Below are positions 1-9,217 of a stretch of 64,000 nucleotides of DNA, piece after piece. This stretch comes from Planctomycetota bacterium (GTDB lineage: Bacteria > Planctomycetota > B15-G4): assembly GCA_965248575.1 (NCBI GenBank), contig CBDFJQ010000002.1, forward strand, positions 1,376,001 to 1,440,000, read 5' to 3'. A program made the translations under genes and the position numbers. Within the stretch, counting starts at the first letter, position 1. Every line of letters begins with the position of its first letter. The notes beneath the pieces are model-generated. The model had not been told where the DNA came from. It searched no databases and saw only the letters and a program-made list of their open reading frames with translations.

Positions 1-155
1 GTCGCCAACCCACCGGGTGCGGCGGCTTCTGGATCGCCCCGGAAGCTGCCGAGGAAGTAGTACATCTCGTAGCATCCGAAAAGCCACAGCGAGCCCAGCA
101 GCCAAAGGGCTGTGGTCCGTGAATAGGTGCCTTGATCAGCTTTGAACTTGGCCAT
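1..155 (-). CDS. secE: Preprotein translocase subunit SecE (5' part; runs off window start)
   Basis: Hand translation from ATG at 155: MAKFKADQGTYSRTTALWLLGSLWLFGCYEMYYFLGS..., a KxxQG motif followed by a TM helix. Canonical position after tuf-rpmG-tRNA-Trp. Not in the ORF track. Confidence 0.8.
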   Translation of the reverse strand, partial: MAKFKADQGTYSRTTALWLLGSLWLFGCYEMYYFLGSFRGDPEAAAPGGLA

Positions 156-215
156 GGATGTTTCCGTCGTCTGTGACGCTTCGAACCTGTGAGCGAGAGG
201 TGGCTGAGAGCCCGA

Positions 216-291
216 TGGCAGGCCAGGAGGGACTTGAACCCCCGACCCTCGGTTTTGGAAACCGATGCTCTACCAACTGAGCTACTGGCCT
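216..291 (-). tRNA. tRNA-Trp(CCA)
   Basis: Reverse complement AGGCCAGTAGCTCAGTTGGTAGAGCATCGGTTTCCAAAACCGAGGGTCGGGGGTTCAAGTCCCTCCTGGCCTGCCA folds as a cloverleaf; anticodon CCA; 3' CCA encoded. Confidence 0.97.
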
Positions 292-332
292 CCCGGGTGT
301 GCGGGTGGACATCGGGCTCGCAGGGAAGCGAC

Positions 333-497
333 CTACTTCTTGCGCTCCTTGTGAGAGGTGTGCTTCCGGTCGAACCGGCAGTACTTGTTCAACTCGAGCT
401 TCCACTGAGCCTTCGTGCGCTTGCGCAGGGCGTAGTTCCTGCGTCCGCACTCGGAGCATTCGAGGAAGACGACGGTGCTGCTTTTGCCTTTGGCCAT
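333..497 (-). CDS. rpmG: 50S ribosomal protein L33
   Basis: 54-aa hand translation MAKGKSSTVVFLECSECGRRNYALRKRTKAQWKLELNKYCRFDRKHTSHKERKK with L33 signatures (RNY, LELxKYC, KHTxHKE). Lies between tuf and tRNA-Trp. Confidence 0.95.
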   Translation of the reverse strand: MAKGKSSTVVFLECSECGRRNYALRKRTKAQWKLELNKYCRFDRKHTSHKERKK

Positions 498-573
498 CTG
501 GTATCCAGCCGTTCGATGTCACGCGAGCCGAACGCAGTGCTCAGCTCGCGTGCCACCAGTGTCTTGGTGAGAA

Positions 574-1782
574 CTACTCGACGATCTCGACGACCTTGCC
601 CGAACCAACCGTGCGCCCGCCTTCGCGGATGGCGAACTTCAGGTCCGTGTCCATGGCGATGGGCATGATCAGCTCCACCACGACTTCAACGTTGTCGCCC
701 GGCATCACCATCTCAGTGCCTTCGGGCAGGGTCACGTTTCCGGTCACATCGGTCGTGCGGAAGTAGAACTGCGGGCGGTAGCCGTTGAAGAAAGGCGTGT
801 GTCGGCCACCTTCCTCCTTGCTCAGCACGTAGACGACGCCCTTGAACTTCTTGTGGGGCGTGATGCTCTTCGGCTTGGCCAGGACCTGGCCGCGCTCGAT
901 GGCATCCTTTTCGATTCCGCGCAGGAGCAGGCCCACGTTGTCGCCAGCGAGACCCTCGTCGAGGGACTTGTTGAACATCTCGACGCCGGTGCAGGTCGTG
1001 TTGCCGATCTCATCCTTCAGACCGACCAGCTCAAGCGAGTCGCCAACGTTCACCTTGCCACGCTCGATACGACCCGTCGCCACCGTGCCACGCCCCTTGA
1101 TGGAGAACACGTCCTCCACGGGCATGAGGAAGTCCTTGTCGATCTCGCGCTTCGGTTCCGGGACCCAAGAGTCAACGGCATCCATGAGCTCCCAGATGCA
1201 GGTGAAGCGGGGGTCGTCGACAGGCGCGCCCTCAACAGCAGCTTCGCCAGCCTTCAGCGCGGAACCCTGAATGATCGGTGTGTCGTCGCCGGGGAAGTCG
1301 TAGCTGCTGAGCAGCTCGCGGATCTCCATGTCGACGAGCTCCAGGAGCTCGTCGTCATCGACCTGGTCGACCTTGTTCATGAACACCAGCACGCTGGGCA
1401 CACCCACCTGGCGGGCGAGCAGGATGTGCTCACGCGTCTGAGGCATGGGGCCGTCAGCAGCGCTGCAGACCAGGATGGCGCCGTCCATCTGCGCGGCACC
1501 TGTGATCATGTTCTTGACATAGTCGGCGTGGCCAGGGCAGTCCACGTGAGCGTAGTGCCGTGTATCCGTCTGGTACTCCACGTGAGCGGTGGCGATGGTG
1601 ATACCGCGCTCGCGCTCTTCGGGAGCCTTGTCGATGGTGTCGAAGCCACGTGCGTCCGCGAGGCCCTTGAGCGCAAGGGAGCCCGTAATGGCAGCCGTCA
1701 GGGTCGTCTTACCATGGTCAACGTGGCCGATAGTGCCCACGTTCAGGTGGGGCTTGGTGCGTTCAAAGGTGCCCTTAGCCAT
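574..1782 (-). CDS. tuf: Elongation factor Tu
   Basis: [49 protein letters not shown] motifs. Confidence 0.99.
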   Translation of the reverse strand: MAKGTFERTKPHLNVGTIGHVDHGKTTLTAAITGSLALKGLADARGFDTIDKAPEERERGITIATAHVEYQTDTRHYAHVDCPGHADYVKNMITGAAQMDGAILVCSAADGPMPQTREHILLARQVGVPSVLVFMNKVDQVDDDELLELVDMEIRELLSSYDFPGDDTPIIQGSALKAGEAAVEGAPVDDPRFTCIWELMDAVDSWVPEPKREIDKDFLMPVEDVFSIKGRGTVATGRIERGKVNVGDSLELVGLKDEIGNTTCTGVEMFNKSLDEGLAGDNVGLLLRGIEKDAIERGQVLAKPKSITPHKKFKGVVYVLSKEEGGRHTPFFNGYRPQFYFRTTDVTGNVTLPEGTEMVMPGDNVEVVVELIMPIAMDTDLKFAIREGGRTVGSGKVVEIVE

Positions 1783-2015
1783 TTGGCTCTGATCTCCGTT
1801 TTCTGGTGCGCGACGTAGCGCGCGTGCTGTTGATCGGACTTGCGGTCATGCGACCTGGCCAGGGACGCCCAGCGGAACACCCGCTCGGAACTTCCTGACT
1901 CGCTCGCCTCGAAGGCCGTCTGCGGCCCCGGGTACTGCCTAACTCTCACTGCCTACTCGTGTCGCTCGCCATCTCTGGATGGGATGGCAACTGTCGTGCA
2001 CTGCCTTGGACTGCT

Positions 2016-2090
2016 TGGAGCTGCTGATGGGATTCGAACCCATGACCTCGTCCTTACCAAGGACGTGCTCTACCCCTGAGCCACAGCAGC
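2016..2090 (-). tRNA. tRNA-Thr(GGT)
   Basis: rc GCTGCTGTGGCTCAGGGGTAGAGCACGTCCTTGGTAAGGACGAGGTCATGGGTTCGAATCCCATCAGCAGCTCCA; anticodon GGT. Confidence 0.96.
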
Positions 2091-2273
2091 TTCTTTCGTT
2101 CGTGTGTTCGCGGGGGCGGTGCTCCCAGGCTGTCGTGCTGCCGGTGCACCCGTCCTCGCCATATCCATACTCGTTGTCACTCGTTGTCGGTTGTCGGTTC
2201 GTTGAGTGGGTTGTCGGTCGTTTCAACGGTCGGGTCGGGTGAATCGCCCTGCTTCCAGTCACCATCCAAGCGA

Positions 2274-2347
2274 TGGAGCGGGTGATGGGAATCGAACCCA
2301 CGCAACCAGCTTGGAAGGCTGGGGCTCTACCACTGAGCTACACCCGC
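2274..2347 (-). tRNA. tRNA-Gly(TCC)
   Basis: rc GCGGGTGTAGCTCAGTGGTAGAGCCCCAGCCTTCCAAGCTGGTTGCGTGGGTTCGATTCCCATCACCCGCTCCA; anticodon TCC. Confidence 0.96.
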
Positions 2348-2520
2348 ATCGGGCCGTGTGGGCCGTTCCGTCGTCACCATTCGCTGAGCGCCTGACCTGC
2401 GCGACCTCTGCGTCGGATCCCTCTGGACTCGCCTCGTCTGTCCTGTGTCCTCGCTACCTGTCGTCCGTGTTCGTTTCGTTGAATCCAGCTCTCAAGCACA
2501 GTCAGCACGACCGTCAGACC

Positions 2521-2605
2521 TGGTGGGGGAAGTAGGATTCGAACCTACGTAGGCAAAGCCAACGGGTTTACAGCCCGTCCCCATTAACCACTCGGGCATT
2601 CCCCC
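2521..2605 (-). tRNA. tRNA-Tyr(GTA)
   Basis: rc GGGGGAATGCCCGAGTGGTTAATGGGGACGGGCTGTAAACCCGTTGGCTTTGCCTACGTAGGTTCGAATCCTACTTCCCCCACCA; long variable arm; anticodon GTA. Confidence 0.96.
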
Positions 2606-2804
2606 AAGATCAGTTGCTTGCTGCTGGGATCGTCTTTCGGTTTCGAATCGCCTCGTATGTTCGCGCGCATGTCCTGCTTGGCACTCTTCTCCGCCCACGA
2701 GACACCGCCTGTCCGGAGACGCTTGCAGACGGCATGCACGCACTCGCCTCCATTCCAAAAGCGTCGCAAAACACGGCTTTGAACGGCCTTGAGGCACGCA
2801 ATGA

Positions 2805-2877
2805 AGCTAGCGACGGGACTCGAACCCACAACATCCGGTTTACAAAACCGGTGCTCTACCAGTTGAGCTACGCTAGC
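2805..2877 (-). tRNA. tRNA-Thr(TGT), CCA not encoded
   Basis: rc GCTAGCGTAGCTCAACTGGTAGAGCACCGGTTTTGTAAACCGGATGTTGTGGGTTCGAGTCCCGTCGCTAGCT followed by TCA; anticodon TGT. Confidence 0.93.
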
Positions 2878-2926
2878 GCCGGAGCGCCTCCCGACACGCA
2901 ACTTTCGCGCACCGAGAAAACGGAGG

Positions 2927-2955
2927 ATCCTAGCTCTGCCGGTTAGGCGAGTCAA
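2927..2955 (-). promoter_or_regulatory. Sigma70-type promoter of the tRNA-tuf operon
   Basis: Minus strand TTGACT (2955-2950), 17 nt, TAGGAT (2932-2927), then GC-rich CCTCCG; ~50 nt upstream of tRNA-Thr. Confidence 0.75.
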
Positions 2956-3388
2956 CACCCACCGAAGACGGATCCTTGGGCTCCTCCCGCTCCGTTTCCA
3001 CGCTCATTCCGAGCACCGAACGGACGTCCCGGGTGAGCTCCTTCAGCTCGAAGGGCTTGCGGATCACGCCTGCCACGGCGGGCTCAGCGCAGATCTGCGA
3101 GACCACGATCGGCTCCAGAAAGGCGCTCATAATAAGGTAGGTCGCGCGTACCCCCTTGGCCTCGAACTGCCTCACAAGGTCCAACCCGCTGACCTCCGGC
3201 ATCGTGTAGTCCGTGAGAATCAGCCGGCAGAGCGCGTTTTCCAGGAGCTGGAACGCCGTGGCGGCATCGTGGGCGTGCTCCACGGTCAGCCCCTCACGCT
3301 CCAGGACCACCCGCACCAGTCGGGCAACGGCCGGGTCGTCGTCGACCACGAGCACATCGAGAGAGGAGGGCCTTTCCACTGGGGACAT
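2930..3388 (-). CDS. Single-domain response regulator (CheY-like receiver)
   Basis: VLVVDDD, ILTDYTMPEVSG (phospho-Asp), MSA and IRKPF motifs. Start taken at MSPVE (3388; 3397 also possible) because the longer ORF overlaps the next gene. Confidence 0.85.
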   Translation of the reverse strand: MSPVERPSSLDVLVVDDDPAVARLVRVVLEREGLTVEHAHDAATAFQLLENALCRLILTDYTMPEVSGLDLVRQFEAKGVRATYLIMSAFLEPIVVSQICAEPAVAGVIRKPFELKELTRDVRSVLGMSVETEREEPKDPSSVGVDSPNRQS

Positions 3389-3506
3389 GGGCGGCATGAC
3401 ACCACGGCCGCAGGGGCGAATCCAATTCCCGAACGGAACGGCCCTAGGGCTCCAAACCCCGCGGTCTGCCCTGCTAGGATGCCCGGCCCAATCAGAGGAG
3501 TCCCTC

Positions 3507-4658
3507 ATGCGCTTCGGCACCACCGCCATCCACGCAGGCCAAACCCCGGATCCGACAACGGGGGCGATCATGACCCCCATCTTCTGCACATCGACCTATG
3601 TGCAGGAGTATCCGGCGGTGGTGAAGGACGGCTACGACTACTCCAGGGGCAAGAATCCGACCCGCACGGCCCTTGAGGACAACCTGGCCGGGCTCGAGGG
3701 AGCCCAGCACGGGGTCGCCTTCTCGAGTGGTTTGGCCGCCATCCACGCCGTCATGACCTCTGTCGTCGGCACAGGTGAGCGGGTCATCTGCGGAAACGAC
3801 CTGTATGGGGGGACCCTGCGCCTTCTGCGCCGGATCTTCGAGCCCCAAGGCATCCAGCTGGATGTGGTGGACACCAGTGATGTGCAAGCCATGGCGGCAG
3901 CCCTGGCCAGCGGCCCCACCAAGTTGGTCTGGTTGGAGACCCCCACCAATCCCCTGCTCCGCATCACTGACCTGAAGGCAGTCGCTGCGATGGCCCACGA
4001 GGCCGGAGCCCTGGTGGCATGCGACAACACCTTTGCCACCCCCTACCTCCAAAGTCCCTTGGAGCTAGGCTGCGACTTCGCCATGCACAGTGCCACCAAG
4101 TACCTCGGTGGGCACAGCGACGTGATCGGTGGCGCCGTCATGCTCAACAGCGACGAGTTCGCCGAGAAGCTCCACTTCGTGCAGATGGCGGTTGGGGCCG
4201 TCCCCGGTCCGATGGATTGCTTCCTCTTGCTGCGCGGCATCAAGACCCTGCACGTGCGGATGCAGCGCCATTGCGAGAACGCGCGCGCGATCGCCGGCAT
4301 GCTCGACGCGCATCCCCGCGTCCGCAAGGTCTACTACCCAGGCCTCAGCACACACGCCGGCCACGGGTTGGCCAGCGAGCAGATGCGAGACTTCGGCGGC
4401 ATGATCTCCTTCGTCCTGGATGGTTCGGTCGAGGACGGCATGAAGTTCACCAGCAAGACCAAGCTGTTCGCCTTGGCTGAGAGCCTGGGCGGAGTCGAAT
4501 CGCTCATCGAGCACCCGCCGTCCATGACCCACGCCTCGATCCCCGCTGAAGAACGTCGAGCGTCTGGCCTGGATGACGGGCTGATCCGCCTCTCGGTCGG
4601 CATCGAGGACATCGAGGATCTCAAGGCTGACCTCGATCAGGCCTTCGACCAGGTCTGA
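3507..4658 (+). CDS. Cystathionine gamma-lyase/gamma-synthase (Cys/Met metabolism PLP enzyme)
   Basis: YSRGKNPTR, ETPTNP, DNTFATP, HSATKYLGGHSD (PLP lysine), SLGGVESL, RLSVGIE. SD GAGGAG at 3495-3500 precedes ATG 3507; extended -10 TGCTAGGAT at 3472-3480. Confidence 0.93.
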   Translation: MRFGTTAIHAGQTPDPTTGAIMTPIFCTSTYVQEYPAVVKDGYDYSRGKNPTRTALEDNLAGLEGAQHGVAFSSGLAAIHAVMTSVVGTGERVICGNDLYGGTLRLLRRIFEPQGIQLDVVDTSDVQAMAAALASGPTKLVWLETPTNPLLRITDLKAVAAMAHEAGALVACDNTFATPYLQSPLELGCDFAMHSATKYLGGHSDVIGGAVMLNSDEFAEKLHFVQMAVGAVPGPMDCFLLLRGIKTLHVRMQRHCENARAIAGMLDAHPRVRKVYYPGLSTHAGHGLASEQMRDFGGMISFVLDGSVEDGMKFTSKTKLFALAESLGGVESLIEHPPSMTHASIPAEERRASGLDDGLIRLSVGIEDIEDLKADLDQAFDQV

Positions 4659-4706
4659 GACAAGCTGCTTGTGTCAGGCCTCGGGCAACGCCCTCAATCG
4701 GTGACC

Positions 4707-5093
4707 CTATGGCTTGCCTGATTCCGAGCTGGAGTCGGAGACATCGGTCGGCGGCGGCGCCGGAACGCGCTCGCGCATCACGCGACCCACCTTGAACTTG
4801 ACGACGCGCTTCGGCGGCACGTCCACCTTCTCGAGCGTGCGCGGGTTCTGCGCCCGTCGAGCTCGTCGGGTGCGCACCTCGAAGACCCCGAAGTCGCGGA
4901 ATTCCAAGCGATTCCCGCGGCTGAGATCCGCAACGATCTCATCCAGGAACATCTGGATGATCGTCTTCGTGACCACCTTGGTCTCCCCGGTCCGCTCGGC
5001 AATACGATTCACGAGGTCCTTCTTCGTGATCGTGATACCGCCAGGGACCAGCTCCCCACCAGCCGACGCAGAAGATTCAGGAGTGGAATCCAA
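4707..5093 (-). CDS. Integration host factor/HU family DNA-binding protein (IHF-beta-like)
   Basis: ITKKDLV...GNRLEFRDFGVFEVRTRRARRAQNPRT...VKFKVG; SD GAAGGAG before the TTG start. Confidence 0.92.
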   Translation of the reverse strand: MDSTPESSASAGGELVPGGITITKKDLVNRIAERTGETKVVTKTIIQMFLDEIVADLSRGNRLEFRDFGVFEVRTRRARRAQNPRTLEKVDVPPKRVVKFKVGRVMRERVPAPPPTDVSDSSSESGKP

Positions 5094-5222
5094 GAGGCTC
5101 CTTCATGGTTCCCCGAACGAAACGACCCGAGCAGGCATGCACGGTGTTCGAGCGTCTGACGCGATCAAATCCCGGCGCACCAAGCCCGCGCTCACGAGCG
5201 CAAAGCGGTCTGATGCGCGCTC

Positions 5223-5250
5223 ACTCTAACAGTGTTCAAACCCTTGTCAA
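5223..5250 (-). promoter_or_regulatory. Sigma70-type promoter for the IHF/HU gene
   Basis: Minus strand TTGACA (5250-5245), 16 nt ending TGT, TAGAGT (5228-5223). Confidence 0.6.
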
Positions 5251-5258
5251 GAAAGCGG

Positions 5259-5732
5259 TTAGGACCCTGACTCCGCGCCGTGCTGGAAGCCTGGCCGCGA
5301 GTCCAGGTGCAAGGTGAACGGCCCGTCGTTGCACAGCGAGAGCTGCATCATTGCGCCGAAGCGTCCCTGAGCGACCGGAACCCCGCGCGACTGGAGCTCC
5401 CTCTCAAACGCCGCCAACAGTTCCTGGGCCCGCTCTGGAGACGCGGCCTTCGTGAAGCCCGGCCTCCGTCCTTTCCTCCACTCAGCTGCCAGGGTGAATT
5501 GCGACACGACGAGAGCCGCCCCACCCACATCCATCAGTGACCGCTGGCTGCGCCCATCCTCATCCGGGAAGACGCGCAGGTCGACGATCTTGTTGGCCAA
5601 CCAGAGCACCTCTTCGCGTGTGTCTCCTTGGACGGCGCACACGAGAAGGCACAGCCCGGGACCGATCTCACCCACGACCTCATCGCCCACGCGCACCGCG
5701 GCTTCGCGCACCCGTTGAGCGACGACGATCAT
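5259..5732 (-). CDS. dtd: D-aminoacyl-tRNA deacylase
   Basis: QRV, LRVFPD, VSQFTLA, KGRRPGF, NDGPFT (Gly-cisPro) motifs. Confidence 0.95.
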   Translation of the reverse strand: MIVVAQRVREAAVRVGDEVVGEIGPGLCLLVCAVQGDTREEVLWLANKIVDLRVFPDEDGRSQRSLMDVGGAALVVSQFTLAAEWRKGRRPGFTKAASPERAQELLAAFERELQSRGVPVAQGRFGAMMQLSLCNDGPFTLHLDSRPGFQHGAESGS

Positions 5733-6736
5733 GGAGCGCGCATCGCCCGACTCGCTCCGGCCATCCCCACGGCTTCCCGGGCCGCCCCCACCACCTCCGC
5801 CGCCACGGAACGCGCGCGGCCGGCGGCTGTCACCAGCACGTCCTCCACGAAGTCGGGATCCGCTTCCAGCGCAGCCCTCCGCTCGCGCGCTGCACTGAAG
5901 GTGGCATCGATGGCTGCAAGCAGTTCCTTCTTGGCGTCCCCATAGCCGTAGCCCCCCGCCCGCAGACGCTTCGCCATGCTCTCCGTCTCCTCAGCTGAGG
6001 CCACGAGCTTGTAGAGCTGCCACACCGTGCAGGCCTCGGGGTCCTTCACATCGTCGACGCCGAGACTGTCCGTGACGACAGACATGACCGACTTCTTGAG
6101 GGGCTTCCCCGTGGCGAAGATTCCGATGGTGTTGCCGTAGCTCTTGGACATCTTCTGTCCATCCGACCCAGGCACGACCGCCCCCGATTCGGACAGCCGC
6201 CCTTCGGGGCGCCGGAACACCTCGCATTTGTAGGCGGCATGAAAAGCCTCCGCCATGTCCTGGGTCATCTCGATGTGCTGGATCTGGTCCTTGCCCACCG
6301 GCACCACGTCCGAGTGGTAGGCCAGGATGTCCGCAGCCATGAGCACGGGATACAGGAACAGCCCTGCCCGGGGCCGGATCCCCTTGGCCACCTTGTCCTT
6401 GTACGAGGTCGCTCGCTCGAGCAGCCCCATCCCCGTCACCGTGGACAGGAGCCACGTCAGCTCGCAGACCTCCGGCACATCCGACTGCCGGAACAGGAGC
6501 GCCTTGGCGGGGTCCAGGCCCAGAGCCAGGTAGTCCAGGGCCACGTCCTTCACGGCGACGGCAAAGGCCGCACGATCCTGGAAGGTGGTGAGGGCGTGAT
6601 AGTCGGCAATGAAATAGAAGCCGTCTCCCTGGTCCTGCAGCGAGATGTGCTGCTGGATCGCCCCGAAGTAGTTGCCGAGGTGCAGCTTCCCGCTGGGCTG
6701 GATGCCGGACAGGATGCGGGTGGTGTTGGCGGGCAC
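5729..6736 (-). CDS. trpS: Tryptophanyl-tRNA synthetase
   Basis: SGIQPSGKLHLGNYFGA, YPVLMAADIL, VPVGKDQIQH, KMSKS. Start placed at GTG 6736 (ORF extends to 6763). Confidence 0.97.
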   Translation of the reverse strand: MPANTTRILSGIQPSGKLHLGNYFGAIQQHISLQDQGDGFYFIADYHALTTFQDRAAFAVAVKDVALDYLALGLDPAKALLFRQSDVPEVCELTWLLSTVTGMGLLERATSYKDKVAKGIRPRAGLFLYPVLMAADILAYHSDVVPVGKDQIQHIEMTQDMAEAFHAAYKCEVFRRPEGRLSESGAVVPGSDGQKMSKSYGNTIGIFATGKPLKKSVMSVVTDSLGVDDVKDPEACTVWQLYKLVASAEETESMAKRLRAGGYGYGDAKKELLAAIDATFSAARERRAALEADPDFVEDVLVTAAGRARSVAAEVVGAAREAVGMAGASRAMRAP

Positions 6737-6920
6737 GAGGCTCTCCGGCCAGGGAGGAAACACGGACGAATCGGCGAGGAAACCGTGGGGAAATCCTCAG
6801 GGCTGTCCAGCGGCGCGGAGCCGTCGGGCAGTGCCGACCTAGAACGGTACACCTCGTAGAATCGAAGTCTCAAGACACGAAGCGCTTGAGACCGGCGCTC
6901 CGCCTTGGGACGGTTGTCCC

Positions 6921-8417
6921 GTGCGGACCGGGAGACATCGACAATTCTGGTGGCACCCGGCTGGCGCGGGTGCCCTTTTCATGCTCTTGCTGGGCGGGTG
7001 TTCTTCCCTGCCTGAGCTGGACTGGAATCCGCTCATCCGCATCGAGCACACGCCGGATGGATCCGTCGAGATCGAGGCCCTGGGCCCGCTGATCGACATC
7101 CGTGAGGGCCCCGAAGGGACCTCCCACGCCCTGCGCCCGCTCTACCAGCACAAGGCCAACTTCGGCAAGCCGATCACCGATTTCCTGGCGCCCTTCGGCC
7201 GGCGCTTCGTCACGGCCGACGCGACCCGCTGGCGCTTCTGGCCCCTCGTCTGGTCGGGTGAAACGCGCGACAGTCCCGAAGGTGCCGAGTGGGATGCGGT
7301 CCTGCTGCCCCTGATCTTCACCGGCGGCGGCCCGCGCCAGGGCGATGGCTACTTTGCCCTCTTCCCGTTGGGCGGGCGCATTCGCAACATCTTCGGCCTC
7401 GAGACCTTCGATTTCTTCCTCTGGCCCTTCTTCATGCGCACGCGCATGGACATCGACGAGCAATCCACCTCGTGGACGGTCTTGCTGGGCGGCGGCTGGA
7501 CCACCGGCGGCCCCCGCGACGACAGCTGGCGGGCCCTGCCCTTCTACCGGCACCGCATCGTGCGCCATGTCGACGGGACCCTGCGCACCGATCAACGCAG
7601 CGCGCTCTGGCCCATCTTCACTTGGGGGCTGGACCACGGCGACAGCGCCGACCCTTCCATGCGCTTTTCCGCCTGGCCGCTGTTCGGCCGCGAAGCGGGG
7701 GAGAGCTGGTCTCGAACCACCGTGCTGTGGCCCTTCTTCCGCGTGAACCGCGAGACAGAAGAGGCCGGCGGTGACTACCTCTACGACCTTCCGTGGCCGC
7801 TGGTACGCGTCTCCAAGGACGAGAAGAAGTCGGTCACGCGCGTCTTCCCCTTCTACAGCCACCAGGTGAGTGAGGACTTGGACTCCCTCACGCTGCTCTA
7901 CCTGTATTGGGACCGGGCCAGCACCGGCCGGACCTCCGACGAGGGCTGGCCGCCGCGGAACTACGAACGCCAGGACACCTACCTGTTTCCCTTCTGGCAC
8001 AACTCTCACCGCACCGTGTCCGGGCGCGAGGGGGCCGACGTCCAACATCAACTTTGGCCGCTCTTTCACCGCGACGCCGACGCACGCGGACGTCGGGATG
8101 CCGCCTTCCTTTCCCTGGTACCGACGCGTCACTTCGAATTCCTGCGCCCCGTCGACGAGCTCTACTCGTTCTTGTGGACCCTCTGGCGTTCGCGCTCGGA
8201 CGGCACCAGCCACGAGACGCGCTTCCTCTTCGACACGGTTCTTTATCGCGAGTCCCCGGAAGGTCTCAGAATCTCGGTTCCCTTCCTCTATTCTCGGCGC
8301 CCAGACTCCGCAGGCCTCGACAAGCACCAGATCCTCTGGGGCCTGCTGGGCGCGGGAACGGACGCAGACGGTCTAGCCGAACTCAGCTTGGCGGGGTGGA
8401 CGCTTTGGGCACGCTAA
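6921..8417 (+). CDS. Putative lipoprotein with >20 aromatic hairpin-like repeats (xLWP[FL]F-type); first gene of the MCE operon
   Basis: Lipobox LLLGG-C (Cys27). Repeats include ALGPLI, ALRPLY, FWPLV, ALFPLG, FLWPFF, ALPFY, ALWPIF, AWPLF, VLWPFF, PWPLV, VFPFY, LFPFW, LWPLF. Overlaps the mlaE start. Confidence 0.75.
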   Translation: MRTGRHRQFWWHPAGAGALFMLLLGGCSSLPELDWNPLIRIEHTPDGSVEIEALGPLIDIREGPEGTSHALRPLYQHKANFGKPITDFLAPFGRRFVTADATRWRFWPLVWSGETRDSPEGAEWDAVLLPLIFTGGGPRQGDGYFALFPLGGRIRNIFGLETFDFFLWPFFMRTRMDIDEQSTSWTVLLGGGWTTGGPRDDSWRALPFYRHRIVRHVDGTLRTDQRSALWPIFTWGLDHGDSADPSMRFSAWPLFGREAGESWSRTTVLWPFFRVNRETEEAGGDYLYDLPWPLVRVSKDEKKSVTRVFPFYSHQVSEDLDSLTLLYLYWDRASTGRTSDEGWPPRNYERQDTYLFPFWHNSHRTVSGREGADVQHQLWPLFHRDADARGRRDAAFLSLVPTRHFEFLRPVDELYSFLWTLWRSRSDGTSHETRFLFDTVLYRESPEGLRISVPFLYSRRPDSAGLDKHQILWGLLGAGTDADGLAELSLAGWTLWAR

Positions 8418-9217
8418 AGACAACTCTCGAGTCTCGCGGCCGCGCGATTCGGGAGACGGTCACCGAAGCGGGCTTCGCCGTCACGATCCTGCTGCGCAGT
8501 GCCCAGCGCATCGTGCCCGACCTGCGGCACCGCTCGCGCTTCACCCTGGACCAGCTGGCGGTCTGTGGCATCTCGCCCCTGCCCGTGGTCTGCGTCGTGG
8601 GTCTCTTCACCGGCATGCTGCTCGCGCTGCAGGTCGGCATGGAGCTCTCGAAGGTCGGTCAGTCGGAAGCCATCGCCAACATGCTCGGCGTGATCCTGTT
8701 CCGCGAGATGGGCCCCTTCATGACGTCCATGATCCTCACGGCCAGCGTCGGCAGCGCCATGGCGGCCGAGATCGGGACCATGCGCGTCTCCGAGGAGATC
8801 GACGCGCTGGAGTGCATGTCCGTCGACCCCATCTCCTTCCTGGTCATGCCGCGCATCATCGCCATGGCCATCATGACGCCCATCCTCACCTTCATCGGCT
8901 GCATCCTGGGCTGCATCGGCGGCGGCATCGTGGCCAAGACGCAGCTGTCCGTCTCCGCCTCCGTCTACCTGCGCAACCTGCTCAGCTCGCTCGAGGCGGA
9001 GCCCAACAGCCTGGGCCCGTTCCCCGAGGAGATCTACACGGGGCTGATCAAGTCCGTGGTCTTCGGCGTGCTCGTAGCGACCATCAGCTGTGCGGCCGGA
9101 CTCAAGGCAAGCGGTGGCGCCATCGGAGTGGGCCGCTGTGTCCGCACCGCCGTCGTGCGCTGCTTCCTGATGCTGATCATCATCGGCTACTACATCTCCT
9201 GGATGTTCTTCAAGTGA
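8405..9217 (+). CDS. mlaE: MlaE-family ABC permease (MCE lipid transport)
   Basis: REMGPFMTSMILTASVGSAMAAEIGTMRVSEEIDALECMSVDPISFLVMPR is the MlaE signature. Start approximate (TTG 8405). Confidence 0.92.
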   Translation: MGTLKTTLESRGRAIRETVTEAGFAVTILLRSAQRIVPDLRHRSRFTLDQLAVCGISPLPVVCVVGLFTGMLLALQVGMELSKVGQSEAIANMLGVILFREMGPFMTSMILTASVGSAMAAEIGTMRVSEEIDALECMSVDPISFLVMPRIIAMAIMTPILTFIGCILGCIGGGIVAKTQLSVSASVYLRNLLSSLEAEPNSLGPFPEEIYTGLIKSVVFGVLVATISCAAGLKASGGAIGVGRCVRTAVVRCFLMLIIIGYYISWMFFK

